From Candidatus Melainabacteria bacterium RIFCSPLOWO2_02_FULL_35_15 (GTDB lineage Bacteria; Cyanobacteriota; Vampirovibrionia; 2-02-FULL-35-15), in the NCBI GenBank assembly GCA_001784585.1, contig MFRN01000035.1, positions 42,925-106,924 of the forward strand: DNA of 64,000 nucleotides, written 5' to 3'. Positions 8,269 through 17,302 of the stretch are shown one piece after another (the first letter of the stretch is position 1; each line of letters opens with the position of its first letter). A model generated the notes under the pieces. That model ran no database searches, was not told where the DNA came from, and saw nothing but the letters and a program-made list of their open reading frames with translations. Both the position numbers and the translations under genes were made by a program.

Positions 8269-9303
8269 ATGCCATGGCATGTCTCAACAAATATGGGAGT
8301 AACTAAAGATATGCCATGGCATGTCTCAAATATGGGAGCAACTGTGACAGAAAAAAAAGAATCAATTGCAACAAGAGTTGCCTATGGAAAAGCACTCCTT
8401 GAGCTTGGGAAAGAAAATCCAAACATTGTAGTACTTGATGCAGATCTTTCCGGTTCTACGCAAACCAAATTCTTTGCGAAGGAATTTCCGGAAAGATTTT
8501 TTAATATGGGAATTGCAGAGCAAAACATGATAGGTGTTGCAGCCGGGTTATCAAGTACTGGCAAGATTCCTTTTGCAAGCAGCTTTGCAATGTTTGCATG
8601 TGGTCGTGCCTGGGAGTTTGTCAGAAACTCTGTTTGTCACAATATGTTTAATGTAAAAATTTGTGCAACACATGCAGGATTAACTGTAGGTGAAGATGGC
8701 GGCTCTCATCAGATTATTGAAGATCTGGCTATTATGAGGGCAATACCGCACATGACAGTTATTGTTCCTGCTGACGCTACTGAAGCAAAACTTGCTACAA
8801 GAGCTATTGCCAGCTTTTTTGGTCCTGTTTATATGAGACTTGGAAGATCAAATGTGCCGGTTTTATTTGATGAAAAAAAATTTGAGTTTAAAATCGGAAA
8901 AGCACAAATTATAAAAAGCGGGATTGATGTTTCTGTTTTTGCCTGCGGAGTAATGGTGAGCAGAGCTCTCTGGGCAGCTGAAATTTTGCAAAATGAAGGA
9001 ATAAGTACAGAGATTATAAATGTTTCTACTATTAAACCTCTTGATAAAGAAACTATTTTAGCCAGTGTACAAAAAACAGGTTGTGCAGTTACATGCGAAG
9101 AACATAATATCCATGGGGGACTTGGTGATGCTATTGCCTCTGTACTTACTGAAAATCATCCTATACCTATGAAAAAAACTGGTGTTATGGATCAATTCGG
9201 GCAAAGCGGAAAAAGTGATGAACTTCTTGTTCATTATGGATTAACTAAAGAAAAAATTGCTGAGGCTGCCAGAGAAGTTATTAAAAGGAAGTTAATAAAT
9301 TAG
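8269..9303 (+). CDS. Transketolase, C-terminal subunit (split transketolase). The start is ambiguous because of a 42-bp tandem duplication at the 5' end.
   Basis: Conserved motifs ATRVAYGKALLELG...VVLDADLSGST and the pyrimidine-binding/C-terminal domains are present. An RBS AAGGAGA lies upstream of ATG 8269. Alternative starts occur at 8311 and 8332. Confidence 0.85.
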   Translation: MPWHVSTNMGVTKDMPWHVSNMGATVTEKKESIATRVAYGKALLELGKENPNIVVLDADLSGSTQTKFFAKEFPERFFNMGIAEQNMIGVAAGLSSTGKIPFASSFAMFACGRAWEFVRNSVCHNMFNVKICATHAGLTVGEDGGSHQIIEDLAIMRAIPHMTVIVPADATEAKLATRAIASFFGPVYMRLGRSNVPVLFDEKKFEFKIGKAQIIKSGIDVSVFACGVMVSRALWAAEILQNEGISTEIINVSTIKPLDKETILASVQKTGCAVTCEEHNIHGGLGDAIASVLTENHPIPMKKTGVMDQFGQSGKSDELLVHYGLTKEKIAEAAREVIKRKLIN

Positions 9304-9362
9304 CCCTATTAATAAGTCATTAACCGTACGGTTTAACCGCATGGTATAATACTTATAAAATC

Positions 9363-9623
9363 ATGAATAAACGGATCGGAAAACAAAAAGCAAAAGAAAC
9401 ACTCCCGAAGCTCCTTGATATGGTTAATAAAGGGCTTGGACCAATTGAAATCATTGATCAAAAAAAAGATGAAGCAGTTGCATATCTGATTTCACCGGAA
9501 GATTATAAAAAGAAATCCAGGAAAAAATCGTACGCTGGATTTTTAAAAGGAAAGCTTATAGTTTCTCCTGATTTTGATGAACCAGACTGGGAACTCATTA
9601 GATTAATTGAGAAATCAGAATGA
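9363..9623 (+). CDS. Phd/YefM-family type II antitoxin
   Basis: 86 aa. The pattern IGKQKAKETLPKLLDMVNKGLGPIEIIDQKKDEAVAYLISPEDY matches the Phd/YefM fold consensus. It overlaps the downstream PIN gene by 4 bp. Confidence 0.65.
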   Translation: MNKRIGKQKAKETLPKLLDMVNKGLGPIEIIDQKKDEAVAYLISPEDYKKKSRKKSYAGFLKGKLIVSPDFDEPDWELIRLIEKSE

Positions 9624-10039
9624 AGCTTTTTGTAATAGACACAAATATTTATATAGACTACATGCTGAAAGGAACAAATTGCTTTTCAAAATTAGTAAAC
9701 CATTTCTTTAAATTACTTGAGGTAAAAGAATGTATATTTTATGTGCCTGCAATATGCTTTTGGGAAATCAGCAGAAAAATTATTACCGGCAAATTAACCA
9801 TGCAAAAAAAATCTCCAGAGGAAGCATTATGGTTAATGCAAAAACCATTAGATAATGTGGAGGATTTTAGGGATTTACCGCTTACCCGGAAAGCAGCAGC
9901 TTTAGCATCTGGTTTTAGAGCTAAGCTGCCAGATCCATTTGATCAATTAATAGTTGCTTCGGCACTGGATGCAAATTTGCCTTTAATTACAAAAGATCAA
10001 AACATGCAAAAATCAGGATTAATACAAACTGTTTGGTAG
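9620..10039 (+). CDS. vapC: PIN-domain ribonuclease toxin (VapC-like)
   Basis: 139 aa. The N-terminus FVIDTNIYIDY carries the first acidic residue. Further acidic residues occur in FWEIS, DPFDQLIVASA and ITKDQ at typical PIN spacing. It is translationally coupled to the antitoxin. Confidence 0.75.
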   Translation: MKLFVIDTNIYIDYMLKGTNCFSKLVNHFFKLLEVKECIFYVPAICFWEISRKIITGKLTMQKKSPEEALWLMQKPLDNVEDFRDLPLTRKAAALASGFRAKLPDPFDQLIVASALDANLPLITKDQNMQKSGLIQTVW

Positions 10040-10040
10040 T

Positions 10041-10108
10041 ATGGAAAAAGTAAAGAAAAAATTGCTGAGGCTGCAAAAGAAATGATTAGAAGAAAACTTA
10101 AAGATTAA
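10041..10108 (+). pseudogene. Displaced, diverged duplicate of the transketolase C-subunit 3' end (gene remnant)
   Basis: Sequence atggaaaaagtaaagaaaaaattgctgaggctgcaaaagaaatgattagaagaaaacttaaagattaa resembles 9237-9303 (ggattaactaaagaaaaaattgctgaggctgccagagaagttattaaaaggaagttaataaattag). A 23-nt exact core aaagaaaaaattgctgaggctgc is shared. It ends with an in-frame stop at 10106-10108. Confidence 0.7.
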
Positions 10109-10252
10109 ATTTCTTTTCAGGGAAAACTCTAAATATTCTCCTCCTTTTAAATGAATTCTTGAGGCTTTTTGATATCTCTGTATTTATACGGGTAAAAAAG
10201 AATTGATATAAGAAATAAAAAAAGAGGGGGTTGGCTAAATATTTAAAATCTT

Positions 10253-11533
10253 TTGCCAATAAAAAATAATATGCCAGAAGGAATAAGTCCATTAAGTGGA
10301 AGAGTCGAAGCAAGATTTGACAGAGTTTTAGAAAACAGAGCAAGAGACATAAGTTCTGGACGTAGATTTACACCCCTTGGAGGAAATTATTATCAGACAT
10401 ATGAATATGATCCGGATGTTAATGGACAATATTTAAGAAGAGAAAATGGACCGTATATTTACAACACAGGTACAGGTAGAGGAAATAGATATATTCCCGG
10501 ACATGACATAAATTCTGACGGTACATTTACAAGAACATATTTATTACCCAGATCGCAGGCACCTGCTATCTCATACTTAAGCAGGCAGGATGCAATCAGG
10601 CATTTAAGTTTGCTTGAAAATCCAGATGGTACTTTTCGCAGACATGGATTTGTAGGAACTTATACAACAAGAAATGACGGAACAGTTTTCTATGGAGGTG
10701 GTTACCATCCAAATAATGGCAGACGGGTAGATCTTCCTCCACAAACTTATATTAATGGCAGATGGTATGAAGGTGATATAAGACCAGGTTCTATTCCGCA
10801 GCCTGGAGTTGGAGAAGTACAACCACGACCTGGAGCCGGAGGAGTACAACCGCAGCCTGGAGTCGGCGGAGTACAGCCACGACCTGGAGCCGGAGGAGTA
10901 CAACCGCAGCCTGGAGTTGGAAGAATACAACCGCAGCTGCCAAGAATAGAAGTACCACCAATAACAGCAGGTACAAACGGAAGGATAGCTTTACCTCCTG
11001 GAGTACGACTAACAAGAATAACAGCACCTGGAGCAACAGCATGGACAGAACCAGGTTCATATGAATATCAAGGTGGATTTAAAATGAATAAAAATGGCAG
11101 CTATACATTTGCTCCTGGAGCAGATCCATATCGGGCAAGCGGAACATATACATTGAGAACAAATGATGGAAGAGAGTTTCAATTACAGGTAAACTCACCA
11201 CCGCCAATTTCACAACCGCTACCGGTGGCTTCACCATCACGGTTTGACATTCATCAGGATCTTCGTGCATATCTGAGAGCTCTTGCAGGGGATTTTGGAG
11301 AAGAGCAGGGAGAAATAGAATTTATTCTTTCACAACTGGAGCAGGCAGCTACTCCGGGAGATAATGATCTTACAGAATTAATTCGTAGAAGAGATCCTTC
11401 ATTAAGTCAGGTAGTTTTGAATTTAGAACAGCTTGCAGGAATTCATACCAGACGCGGAGAAGCAGATCTGGCAGATCGAGCTAAGCAGCTTGCACAGTTG
11501 ATCCGGCCTTATGTACCAATACTGCCAGCATGA
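10253..11533 (+). CDS. Hypothetical protein with Gly/Pro-rich 26-aa tandem repeats (GVQPQPGVGGVQPRPGAG) and a GC-richer Ala/Leu/Arg-rich C-terminal region
   Basis: ORF of 426 aa with a 78-bp DNA repeat at about 10801-10940. No signal peptide. No recognisable catalytic motif. Confidence 0.55.
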   Translation: MPIKNNMPEGISPLSGRVEARFDRVLENRARDISSGRRFTPLGGNYYQTYEYDPDVNGQYLRRENGPYIYNTGTGRGNRYIPGHDINSDGTFTRTYLLPRSQAPAISYLSRQDAIRHLSLLENPDGTFRRHGFVGTYTTRNDGTVFYGGGYHPNNGRRVDLPPQTYINGRWYEGDIRPGSIPQPGVGEVQPRPGAGGVQPQPGVGGVQPRPGAGGVQPQPGVGRIQPQLPRIEVPPITAGTNGRIALPPGVRLTRITAPGATAWTEPGSYEYQGGFKMNKNGSYTFAPGADPYRASGTYTLRTNDGREFQLQVNSPPPISQPLPVASPSRFDIHQDLRAYLRALAGDFGEEQGEIEFILSQLEQAATPGDNDLTELIRRRDPSLSQVVLNLEQLAGIHTRRGEADLADRAKQLAQLIRPYVPILPA

Positions 11534-11540
11534 CCAAATA

Positions 11541-12074
11541 CTAATCAAATTTTATGCTCACCTTATGTTTTTCAGCCCAGGCTTTAAAATTGTCTAGGTT
11601 ATCATTAAATTGACCATCAAAAATTCCCCTGTTTATATCTTCTATTAATTTCTGTGCCTCTTGTTTATTTCGTGGTGTGTCAAGATTAAGCAGTGCAAGC
11701 AGTTCTTTATAAACATTCACTAATTTTTTTGCAGCAGTAGCAGGATCAGAAAAAGCATCTGTTGGGAGTTGCAAATGAAATTGCTTTGTTTGAAGTTCTG
11801 AAAAAAATCGTACATAATCTTTTACTAAGTTTTTGAACGGAGCAAAAGTCCTTTTTAATTCTGCTATTTCTCTTTTACTCGCAAGTTGTGCCAAAACCGG
11901 TCCTGTAACTTCTCTATTATCCAGAAATAACAAAAATCGTTCTTTAGCAGGCTCTCCGTCCTCTATCAAAGCTTGTTGAGCAAAATGATTGGCAAGAGTC
12001 CGTCTGTCTTCTACTCTTACAGCGTTATTGTTTGTAATTCTTTTGATTGCTGATAGTAATATAGGGGAAATCAT
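11541..12074 (-). CDS. Hypothetical protein
   Basis: 177-aa ORF, convergent with the 10253 gene. No recognisable motif. Confidence 0.5.
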   Translation of the reverse strand: MISPILLSAIKRITNNNAVRVEDRRTLANHFAQQALIEDGEPAKERFLLFLDNREVTGPVLAQLASKREIAELKRTFAPFKNLVKDYVRFFSELQTKQFHLQLPTDAFSDPATAAKKLVNVYKELLALLNLDTPRNKQEAQKLIEDINRGIFDGQFNDNLDNFKAWAEKHKVSIKFD

Positions 12075-12146
12075 AGTGTTTAATTTAATGTTAAAGGAAA
12101 GATGAGTATAAAATCAACCGGCAAAAATTAAAATATAATAAAATTT

Positions 12147-13340
12147 ATGAACAATTTCTTAATAAACCAAACACAAACTTTTAGATTTACGGAAGAACAG
12201 GAATTATTAAGAAAAACAATTCGTGAAGTAGCAGAAGAAAACTTTAAGGAAAAAGCCAGAGAAACAGATAAAACTCATAAATTTCCAAGAGAAAATTTTA
12301 ACTTGCTTGCAAAACTTGGAATTACAGGACTTATAATTCCTGAGAAATACGGCGGGAGCGAACTGGATTATATTTCATATGTAATAGCTATTAAAGAAAT
12401 TGCCAGAGTATGTGCTGTAACCAGTGTTATTCTGGGTGTGCATTCATCACTTTGTTCAATGCCGATTGTTAAATTTGGTTCGGAATGTTTAAAAGAAAAA
12501 TATCTTAGAAAACTTGCCTGCGGAGAACTGCTTGGGGCGTATTGTTTATCTGAACCGGGAAGCGGATCTGATGCAGCAGCAATGCAGACAAAAGCAGAAG
12601 ATAAAGGAAGTTATTTTATATTAAATGGGACAAAAGCATGGATTACAAATGGTTCTGAAGCAGATGTTTATATTGTTTTTGCTCAAACAAATCCTGATTT
12701 GAAGCATAAAGGAATCACTGCTTTTATTTTAGAAAAAAATATACAGGGTGTGTCTTTTGGAAAGCTGGAAGATAAGTTAGGCATAAGAGCAAGTGCGACA
12801 TGTCAGATGCACCTGGATAATGTAAAAGTGCCAGAAGAAAATTTGCTTGGCAATATCGGTGACGGTTTTAAAATTGCAATGTCGACACTGGACAGAGGAA
12901 GGATTGGAATTGCTGCGCAGGCATTAGGCATTGCACAGGCCAGTTATGACCTCGCCAGCTCATATGCAAAAGCCAGAGAAGCGTTTGGGCAAAAAATAAT
13001 TAACTTCCAGGCTATACAGTTTATGCTTGTTGAAATCGCTACTGAAATTGAAGCAGGTCAGCTTCTTACCTGTCAGGCAGCAAACATGTATGATCTGGGT
13101 TTGAAATTTACACGTCAGGCGGCAGAAGCAAAACTATTTTGTAGTGAGCTTGCGTCAAAGGCTGCAAATAAAGCAGTGCAGATTTTAGGCGGTTATGGTT
13201 ATACGACAGAATATGATGCCCAGCGTTACTTAAGAGATGCAAAAATTACTGAGATTTATGAAGGAACTTCTGAGATTCAGAGAATAGTTATTGCAGAGAA
13301 TATAATTAAAACGGGACTTACGCATATGTCATCTAACTAA
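12147..13340 (+). CDS. Acyl-CoA dehydrogenase (short-chain/butyryl-CoA dehydrogenase-like)
   Basis: 397 aa. Motifs YCLSEPGSGSDAAAM and the C-terminal TEIYEGTSEIQR are typical of the ACAD family. Confidence 0.85.
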   Translation: MNNFLINQTQTFRFTEEQELLRKTIREVAEENFKEKARETDKTHKFPRENFNLLAKLGITGLIIPEKYGGSELDYISYVIAIKEIARVCAVTSVILGVHSSLCSMPIVKFGSECLKEKYLRKLACGELLGAYCLSEPGSGSDAAAMQTKAEDKGSYFILNGTKAWITNGSEADVYIVFAQTNPDLKHKGITAFILEKNIQGVSFGKLEDKLGIRASATCQMHLDNVKVPEENLLGNIGDGFKIAMSTLDRGRIGIAAQALGIAQASYDLASSYAKAREAFGQKIINFQAIQFMLVEIATEIEAGQLLTCQAANMYDLGLKFTRQAAEAKLFCSELASKAANKAVQILGGYGYTTEYDAQRYLRDAKITEIYEGTSEIQRIVIAENIIKTGLTHMSSN

Positions 13341-13352
13341 ACTGGCGCGTCA

Positions 13353-13413
13353 GTGGCAATGTATTATTTGCAACATCCGAGTGTAAGCGAGGTGAGCAAA
13401 AATACATTGCCAC
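13353..13413. terminator. Long hairpin between convergent genes (putative bidirectional terminator)
   Basis: Perfect 13-bp inverted repeat GTGGCAATGTATT (13353-13365) / AATACATTGCCAC (13401-13413) with a 35-nt loop. It lies between the acyl-CoA dehydrogenase stop (13340) and the hydrolase stop (13466). Confidence 0.4.
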
Positions 13414-13465
13414 GGTTAAACAGCCAGTTTTAAATATGCTAACTTTGTGTAAGTCCTGTAAAGAA

Positions 13466-14281
13466 CTAGGATGAAAATTTAGAAGACAGAAATAGTTCTC
13501 TTAAGGTGTCATAGTATTCATCTGTGAAATATTGTGTAAGACTGTTATGTCCTGCACCATTGAGTATAATTAACTTTTTAGGTTCATTTGCAGCATCATA
13601 TAATTCATATGCCCATTTTACAGGCGCCATTCTGTCAGCACTTCCATGGCTTATTAATACAGGCACATTAATTTTTTTAATTAGATCCTTTAAATTAAAC
13701 AAATCATTTTTAACGACAAAATTTGGAATTAACGGGAAATGATAATGTGCCAGCTCTGTAAATGTTGTGAAAGAACTTTGAATTACTACAGGACCTGTTT
13801 TAACCTTTCTGGCAAGTTCAAGAGCAGGAGCACCTCCCATAGAGCGTCCGTACAATGAGATATCTTCTGGTTTGTAACCTCTATTTTTGATGAGATAGTC
13901 ATACATTGCAAAAGCATCTAAAACAATTCCCTGAAAAGTCGGACTTCCTGTACTTTTTCCATAACCTCTATAATCTGCAATTAAAAAATTTATCGGAATC
14001 TTTTCCTGAATTCGAAGCGGTGCTGAATACCATTTACTTACATTAAAGTCATTACCGTGGAAAAAAATTGCTACTTTGTCTGAATGTTTATTTGCTATTA
14101 AAAGATATCCATGTAATGTTTCACCGTCAAAAGTTTTTATATAAACCTCTTCGTGATTAACACGGGAAAGTTGGTTCAGTGAATATAGTTTTTTACTTGG
14201 AGACAATAAAAGATAGTCTCGCAGGATATGCTGTAAATTCCAGAAGCTGGAGGGTGGTATTTTCCTTATTGTAAAGGTCAT
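13466..14281 (-). CDS. Alpha/beta-hydrolase fold protein
   Basis: 271 aa. A GxSxG nucleophile elbow (GRSMGG) is present, with downstream SHGSAD and GAGHN providing the acid and His residues. Confidence 0.7.
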   Translation of the reverse strand: MTFTIRKIPPSSFWNLQHILRDYLLLSPSKKLYSLNQLSRVNHEEVYIKTFDGETLHGYLLIANKHSDKVAIFFHGNDFNVSKWYSAPLRIQEKIPINFLIADYRGYGKSTGSPTFQGIVLDAFAMYDYLIKNRGYKPEDISLYGRSMGGAPALELARKVKTGPVVIQSSFTTFTELAHYHFPLIPNFVVKNDLFNLKDLIKKINVPVLISHGSADRMAPVKWAYELYDAANEPKKLIILNGAGHNSLTQYFTDEYYDTLRELFLSSKFSS

Positions 14282-14353
14282 AATCTGGCTGACTTGTTTT
14301 AATTACATGACATTTTACTATATACTTGTATGTTCAGAGAAAAATCAGTATAA

Positions 14354-15403
14354 ATGCAGTCAAACATTCAAAATTTTCAAACTACTACTGAAATGTCTTA
14401 TGTAAATAATGATCAGGTGAAAAATAAAGCTGAATTATTGTTTTCAAAGCTGAAAGAATATTTAAAATCAATTAAGCCGGATGAGTCTTTGTTTTTTAAC
14501 AAAGGTGAAACAGTGTATATTCCGGATATTCATGGAGATTTTGTACATTTAATAGTTACATTATATAAGCATGGTGTTTCAGACTCTGATTTAAGTTTAA
14601 AGAGAGATTTCAAATATATTTTCTTAGGTGATTTTTATGACAGGGCTCCGGATGCAGATGTAATTGATTTTTGGTTGAATCTCCAGATAAAAAATAGTCT
14701 TGAGATTTATAGATTAGCCGGAAATCATGAAATGGCTTTTCTGGAAAGAAATGAAAAAGGTTACCCTGTAATATTTCCTTCTCAGGATTCTATAATAGAT
14801 GCTTCCAGTAATTTTAGAATTACAGGAGATTTAATAAAGTCTGTTGCAGAAGGAAATATTCTGGCAGCATATTCTGATGAAAATATATTATATGTCCACA
14901 GCTACATAATTAACGATGACTACAAAGAATTAGGATTAGAAACCAATTCAAATGTTTTTGATTTTGCAACTGCTTTAAACCAGCGATTTAAACAACATGG
15001 ACAGAATGCATACAATCTTTTTTTAAATTGTAAAAAAGAAAAAAAATATAACTGGAAAGAAATAATCAAACCGTTTAAAGATGATCCTTTGTTTGATATT
15101 TACAAAGGGAAAAATGACATAAATACTTCTTTTGTCTGGCGAAGGACAGGCTTACCGGCTTTAAATATTTATCCGGCAGAGCTTGATGTGGAAATTCCTG
15201 ATGATGTTTATCAGATAGTCGGACATACACCTGTTTTTTTATTTAATATTCCACAGAATCAGCATTTTACATGTCCTTTTGTTTTATCATCAAAAACTGG
15301 TACAGGAAAAATTCAGTTTAGCGATGTAGGAATCGGATATTACTACAAGAAAGATGATTTTGAAAGACCGGAAGTTGTGATTAAGAGATTAATGGCTACC
15401 TAA
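14354..15403 (+). CDS. PPP-family metallophosphoesterase (Ser/Thr phosphatase/ApaH-like)
   Basis: 349 aa. Signature motifs PDIHGD, LGDFYDRAP (GDxxDRG) and AGNHE (GNHE) are present in canonical order. Confidence 0.75.
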   Translation: MQSNIQNFQTTTEMSYVNNDQVKNKAELLFSKLKEYLKSIKPDESLFFNKGETVYIPDIHGDFVHLIVTLYKHGVSDSDLSLKRDFKYIFLGDFYDRAPDADVIDFWLNLQIKNSLEIYRLAGNHEMAFLERNEKGYPVIFPSQDSIIDASSNFRITGDLIKSVAEGNILAAYSDENILYVHSYIINDDYKELGLETNSNVFDFATALNQRFKQHGQNAYNLFLNCKKEKKYNWKEIIKPFKDDPLFDIYKGKNDINTSFVWRRTGLPALNIYPAELDVEIPDDVYQIVGHTPVFLFNIPQNQHFTCPFVLSSKTGTGKIQFSDVGIGYYYKKDDFERPEVVIKRLMAT

Positions 15404-15762
15404 AAATAATTCCATTTTATCTGAAAACTAAGCAGCAAAGCCTTTTCAGCTTGTTTCATTTTTTCGTCTGATATCTTGCCTAATCTTTTAGCAAATCTGG
15501 CTATATCTGTTGTTTTGATTTGATTAAAAAGTGCCATTGATTTATTTCTCAAGCCACCTTCTCCTTTTTCTAATACAACTGCAAAAGGCCAGCTTTCTTT
15601 AATAGTACTTGTTACTGGTGCAATCATTGTAGTCTGTAGTGTTTCATTTATCAAATCACTTTGCATAACAAGGCATGGCCTGGTCTTTTTAATTTCTTTA
15701 CCAATTGCAGGATCTAAATTCACTATCCAGATCTCGCCACGTTTTGGTTTTATATCTGCCAC
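15400..15762 (-). CDS. mazF: MazF/PemK-family endoribonuclease toxin
   Basis: 120 aa. RGEIWIVNLDPAIGKEIKKTRPCLVMQSD...IAPVTS matches the MazF/PemK consensus. Confidence 0.8.
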   Translation of the reverse strand: MADIKPKRGEIWIVNLDPAIGKEIKKTRPCLVMQSDLINETLQTTMIAPVTSTIKESWPFAVVLEKGEGGLRNKSMALFNQIKTTDIARFAKRLGKISDEKMKQAEKALLLSFQIKWNYF

Positions 15763-15984
15763 CTATTCGTCTTCCAGTGTAATATCCCAGTCTTTCAGCT
15801 CGTCCCAAAGTTCTTTACATTCTTTCATGTCACAAACAGCCTTTTTAATTATCTTAGCTTCTTCTTCTTCTTTTGCTTTTCTAAGAGCTTCTGCTACAAA
15901 GGCTGCTTGATTTTCTTTGGATTGCAAATAAAGTACTAAGTCAACAGGTAAAGTAAAAGTTGCTTTTTTTGAATTTGAGTTCAT
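15763..15984 (-). CDS. Cognate antitoxin of the MazF-like toxin (small acidic C-terminus, RHH/MazE-like)
   Basis: 73 aa, immediately upstream and abutting the toxin gene. The C-terminus is acidic (ELWDELKDWDITLEDE). An upstream region at 16020-16060 carries the palindrome ACCATAT-taaag-ATATGGT and an ATATGGTTA direct repeat (putative operator). Confidence 0.6.
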   Translation of the reverse strand: MNSNSKKATFTLPVDLVLYLQSKENQAAFVAEALRKAKEEEEAKIIKKAVCDMKECKELWDELKDWDITLEDE

Positions 15985-16116
15985 ATTGATTCTGTCCTGG
16001 TTTTAAAACAATAATACTATACCATATTAAAGATATGGTTAAACTATATGGTTAATAATCTATTTAAAGGTATCCCTATAGTTTCTAACAATAAACCAGG
16101 TTGTGATTTTTTTAAT

Positions 16117-17169
16117 CTAAACACGGGTCATAGTCTTAATCTCATCACCAAAGAAAACTTTAGTTTGGTTATAAAGTTCTTTATCAACTGTTTTTAATGT
16201 ACCTACTGCATCTTTTACATCTACATCGACAATTTTATTTCCCTGAAGAGATACCATTCTTCCAAATTTTTTCTGGTGAACAAGATCCACTGCTTTTAAT
16301 CCATATCTTGTACCAAGTACCCTGTCAAAAGCAGTGGGAGAGCCGCCTCTTTGAATATGCCCGAGTGACATTGCTCGGGTTTCAAAATCTGTTTTTTCTT
16401 CAAGAGCCTTTGCAAGCCTGTCTCCAATCCCGCCAAGTTTTACATGTCCAAAAGCATCTTTTTCCTGACCTTTTAAAATTTCTTCATCTGAAAATTTTGC
16501 ACCTTCTGCAATTACAATTACCGCATAGCCTGCTTCTTTTTTCCTGAGTTTAATTGCTTCTGCAACCTTATTAATATCAAATGCTTCTTCAGGAATTAAA
16601 ATATAATCAGCAGCACCTGCAATTCCTCCCATAGTTGCTATCCATCCTGCATGACGGCCCATTACTTCAAGCACAAGAACACGATCATGCGACTTGGCTG
16701 TGGTGTGCAGCCTGTCTACTGCATCACAGACTATTGAAAGCGCAGTGTCAAAACCAAAAGTCTGATCTGTCGCATTCAGGTCATTATCAATTGTTTTTGG
16801 CACGCAAATAATAGGAGCCTTAAAATCCTTAAAGAGCTTATAAGCTACACCACAGGTATCTTCTCCGCCAACGGCAATCAATGCCTCTATTTTATTTAAC
16901 TTTAAGTTATCAATTACTTTTTGAGGGCCGCCCTCTGTTTTATAAGGGTTTGTACGGGAGCTTTTTATGATAGTCCCGCCCTGATTAAAAATTCCTTCAG
17001 CATCAGAAAGTGCAAGCGGCATTATTAAATTATTTATCGGACCTTTCCAGCCGTATAAATATCCAAAAACCTCATCCTCATATTTTTTAATTGCCTGAAA
17101 TAAAACTGCTCTGATAACGTTATTAAGCCCTGGACAATCACCACCCCCGGTTAAAATTGCTAAACGCAT
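16117..17169 (-). CDS. pfkA: 6-phosphofructokinase (ATP- or PPi-dependent)
   Basis: 350 aa. MRLAILTGGGDCPGLNNVIRAV, PKTIDNDL and MGRHAGW motifs are present. Confidence 0.85.
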   Translation of the reverse strand: MRLAILTGGGDCPGLNNVIRAVLFQAIKKYEDEVFGYLYGWKGPINNLIMPLALSDAEGIFNQGGTIIKSSRTNPYKTEGGPQKVIDNLKLNKIEALIAVGGEDTCGVAYKLFKDFKAPIICVPKTIDNDLNATDQTFGFDTALSIVCDAVDRLHTTAKSHDRVLVLEVMGRHAGWIATMGGIAGAADYILIPEEAFDINKVAEAIKLRKKEAGYAVIVIAEGAKFSDEEILKGQEKDAFGHVKLGGIGDRLAKALEEKTDFETRAMSLGHIQRGGSPTAFDRVLGTRYGLKAVDLVHQKKFGRMVSLQGNKIVDVDVKDAVGTLKTVDKELYNQTKVFFGDEIKTMTRV

Positions 17170-17302
17170 AAAACATCCTCCTTAAAACAAACGTTATATA
17201 TCATATCAAACCTATATGGGTTTTCTATGTTTCCCTTCTTAACCAGTTAACAATATAATATAGGGTACAATGTAGTTAGCTGTAGTTAATCGTAGTAAAA
17301 TC

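Noticed and set aside
10604-11060. Minus-strand ORFs (108 and 89 aa) with repetitive Leu/Ser-rich sequence
   Set aside because: Antisense artifacts of the 78-bp Gly/Pro coding repeat in the 10253..11533 gene.
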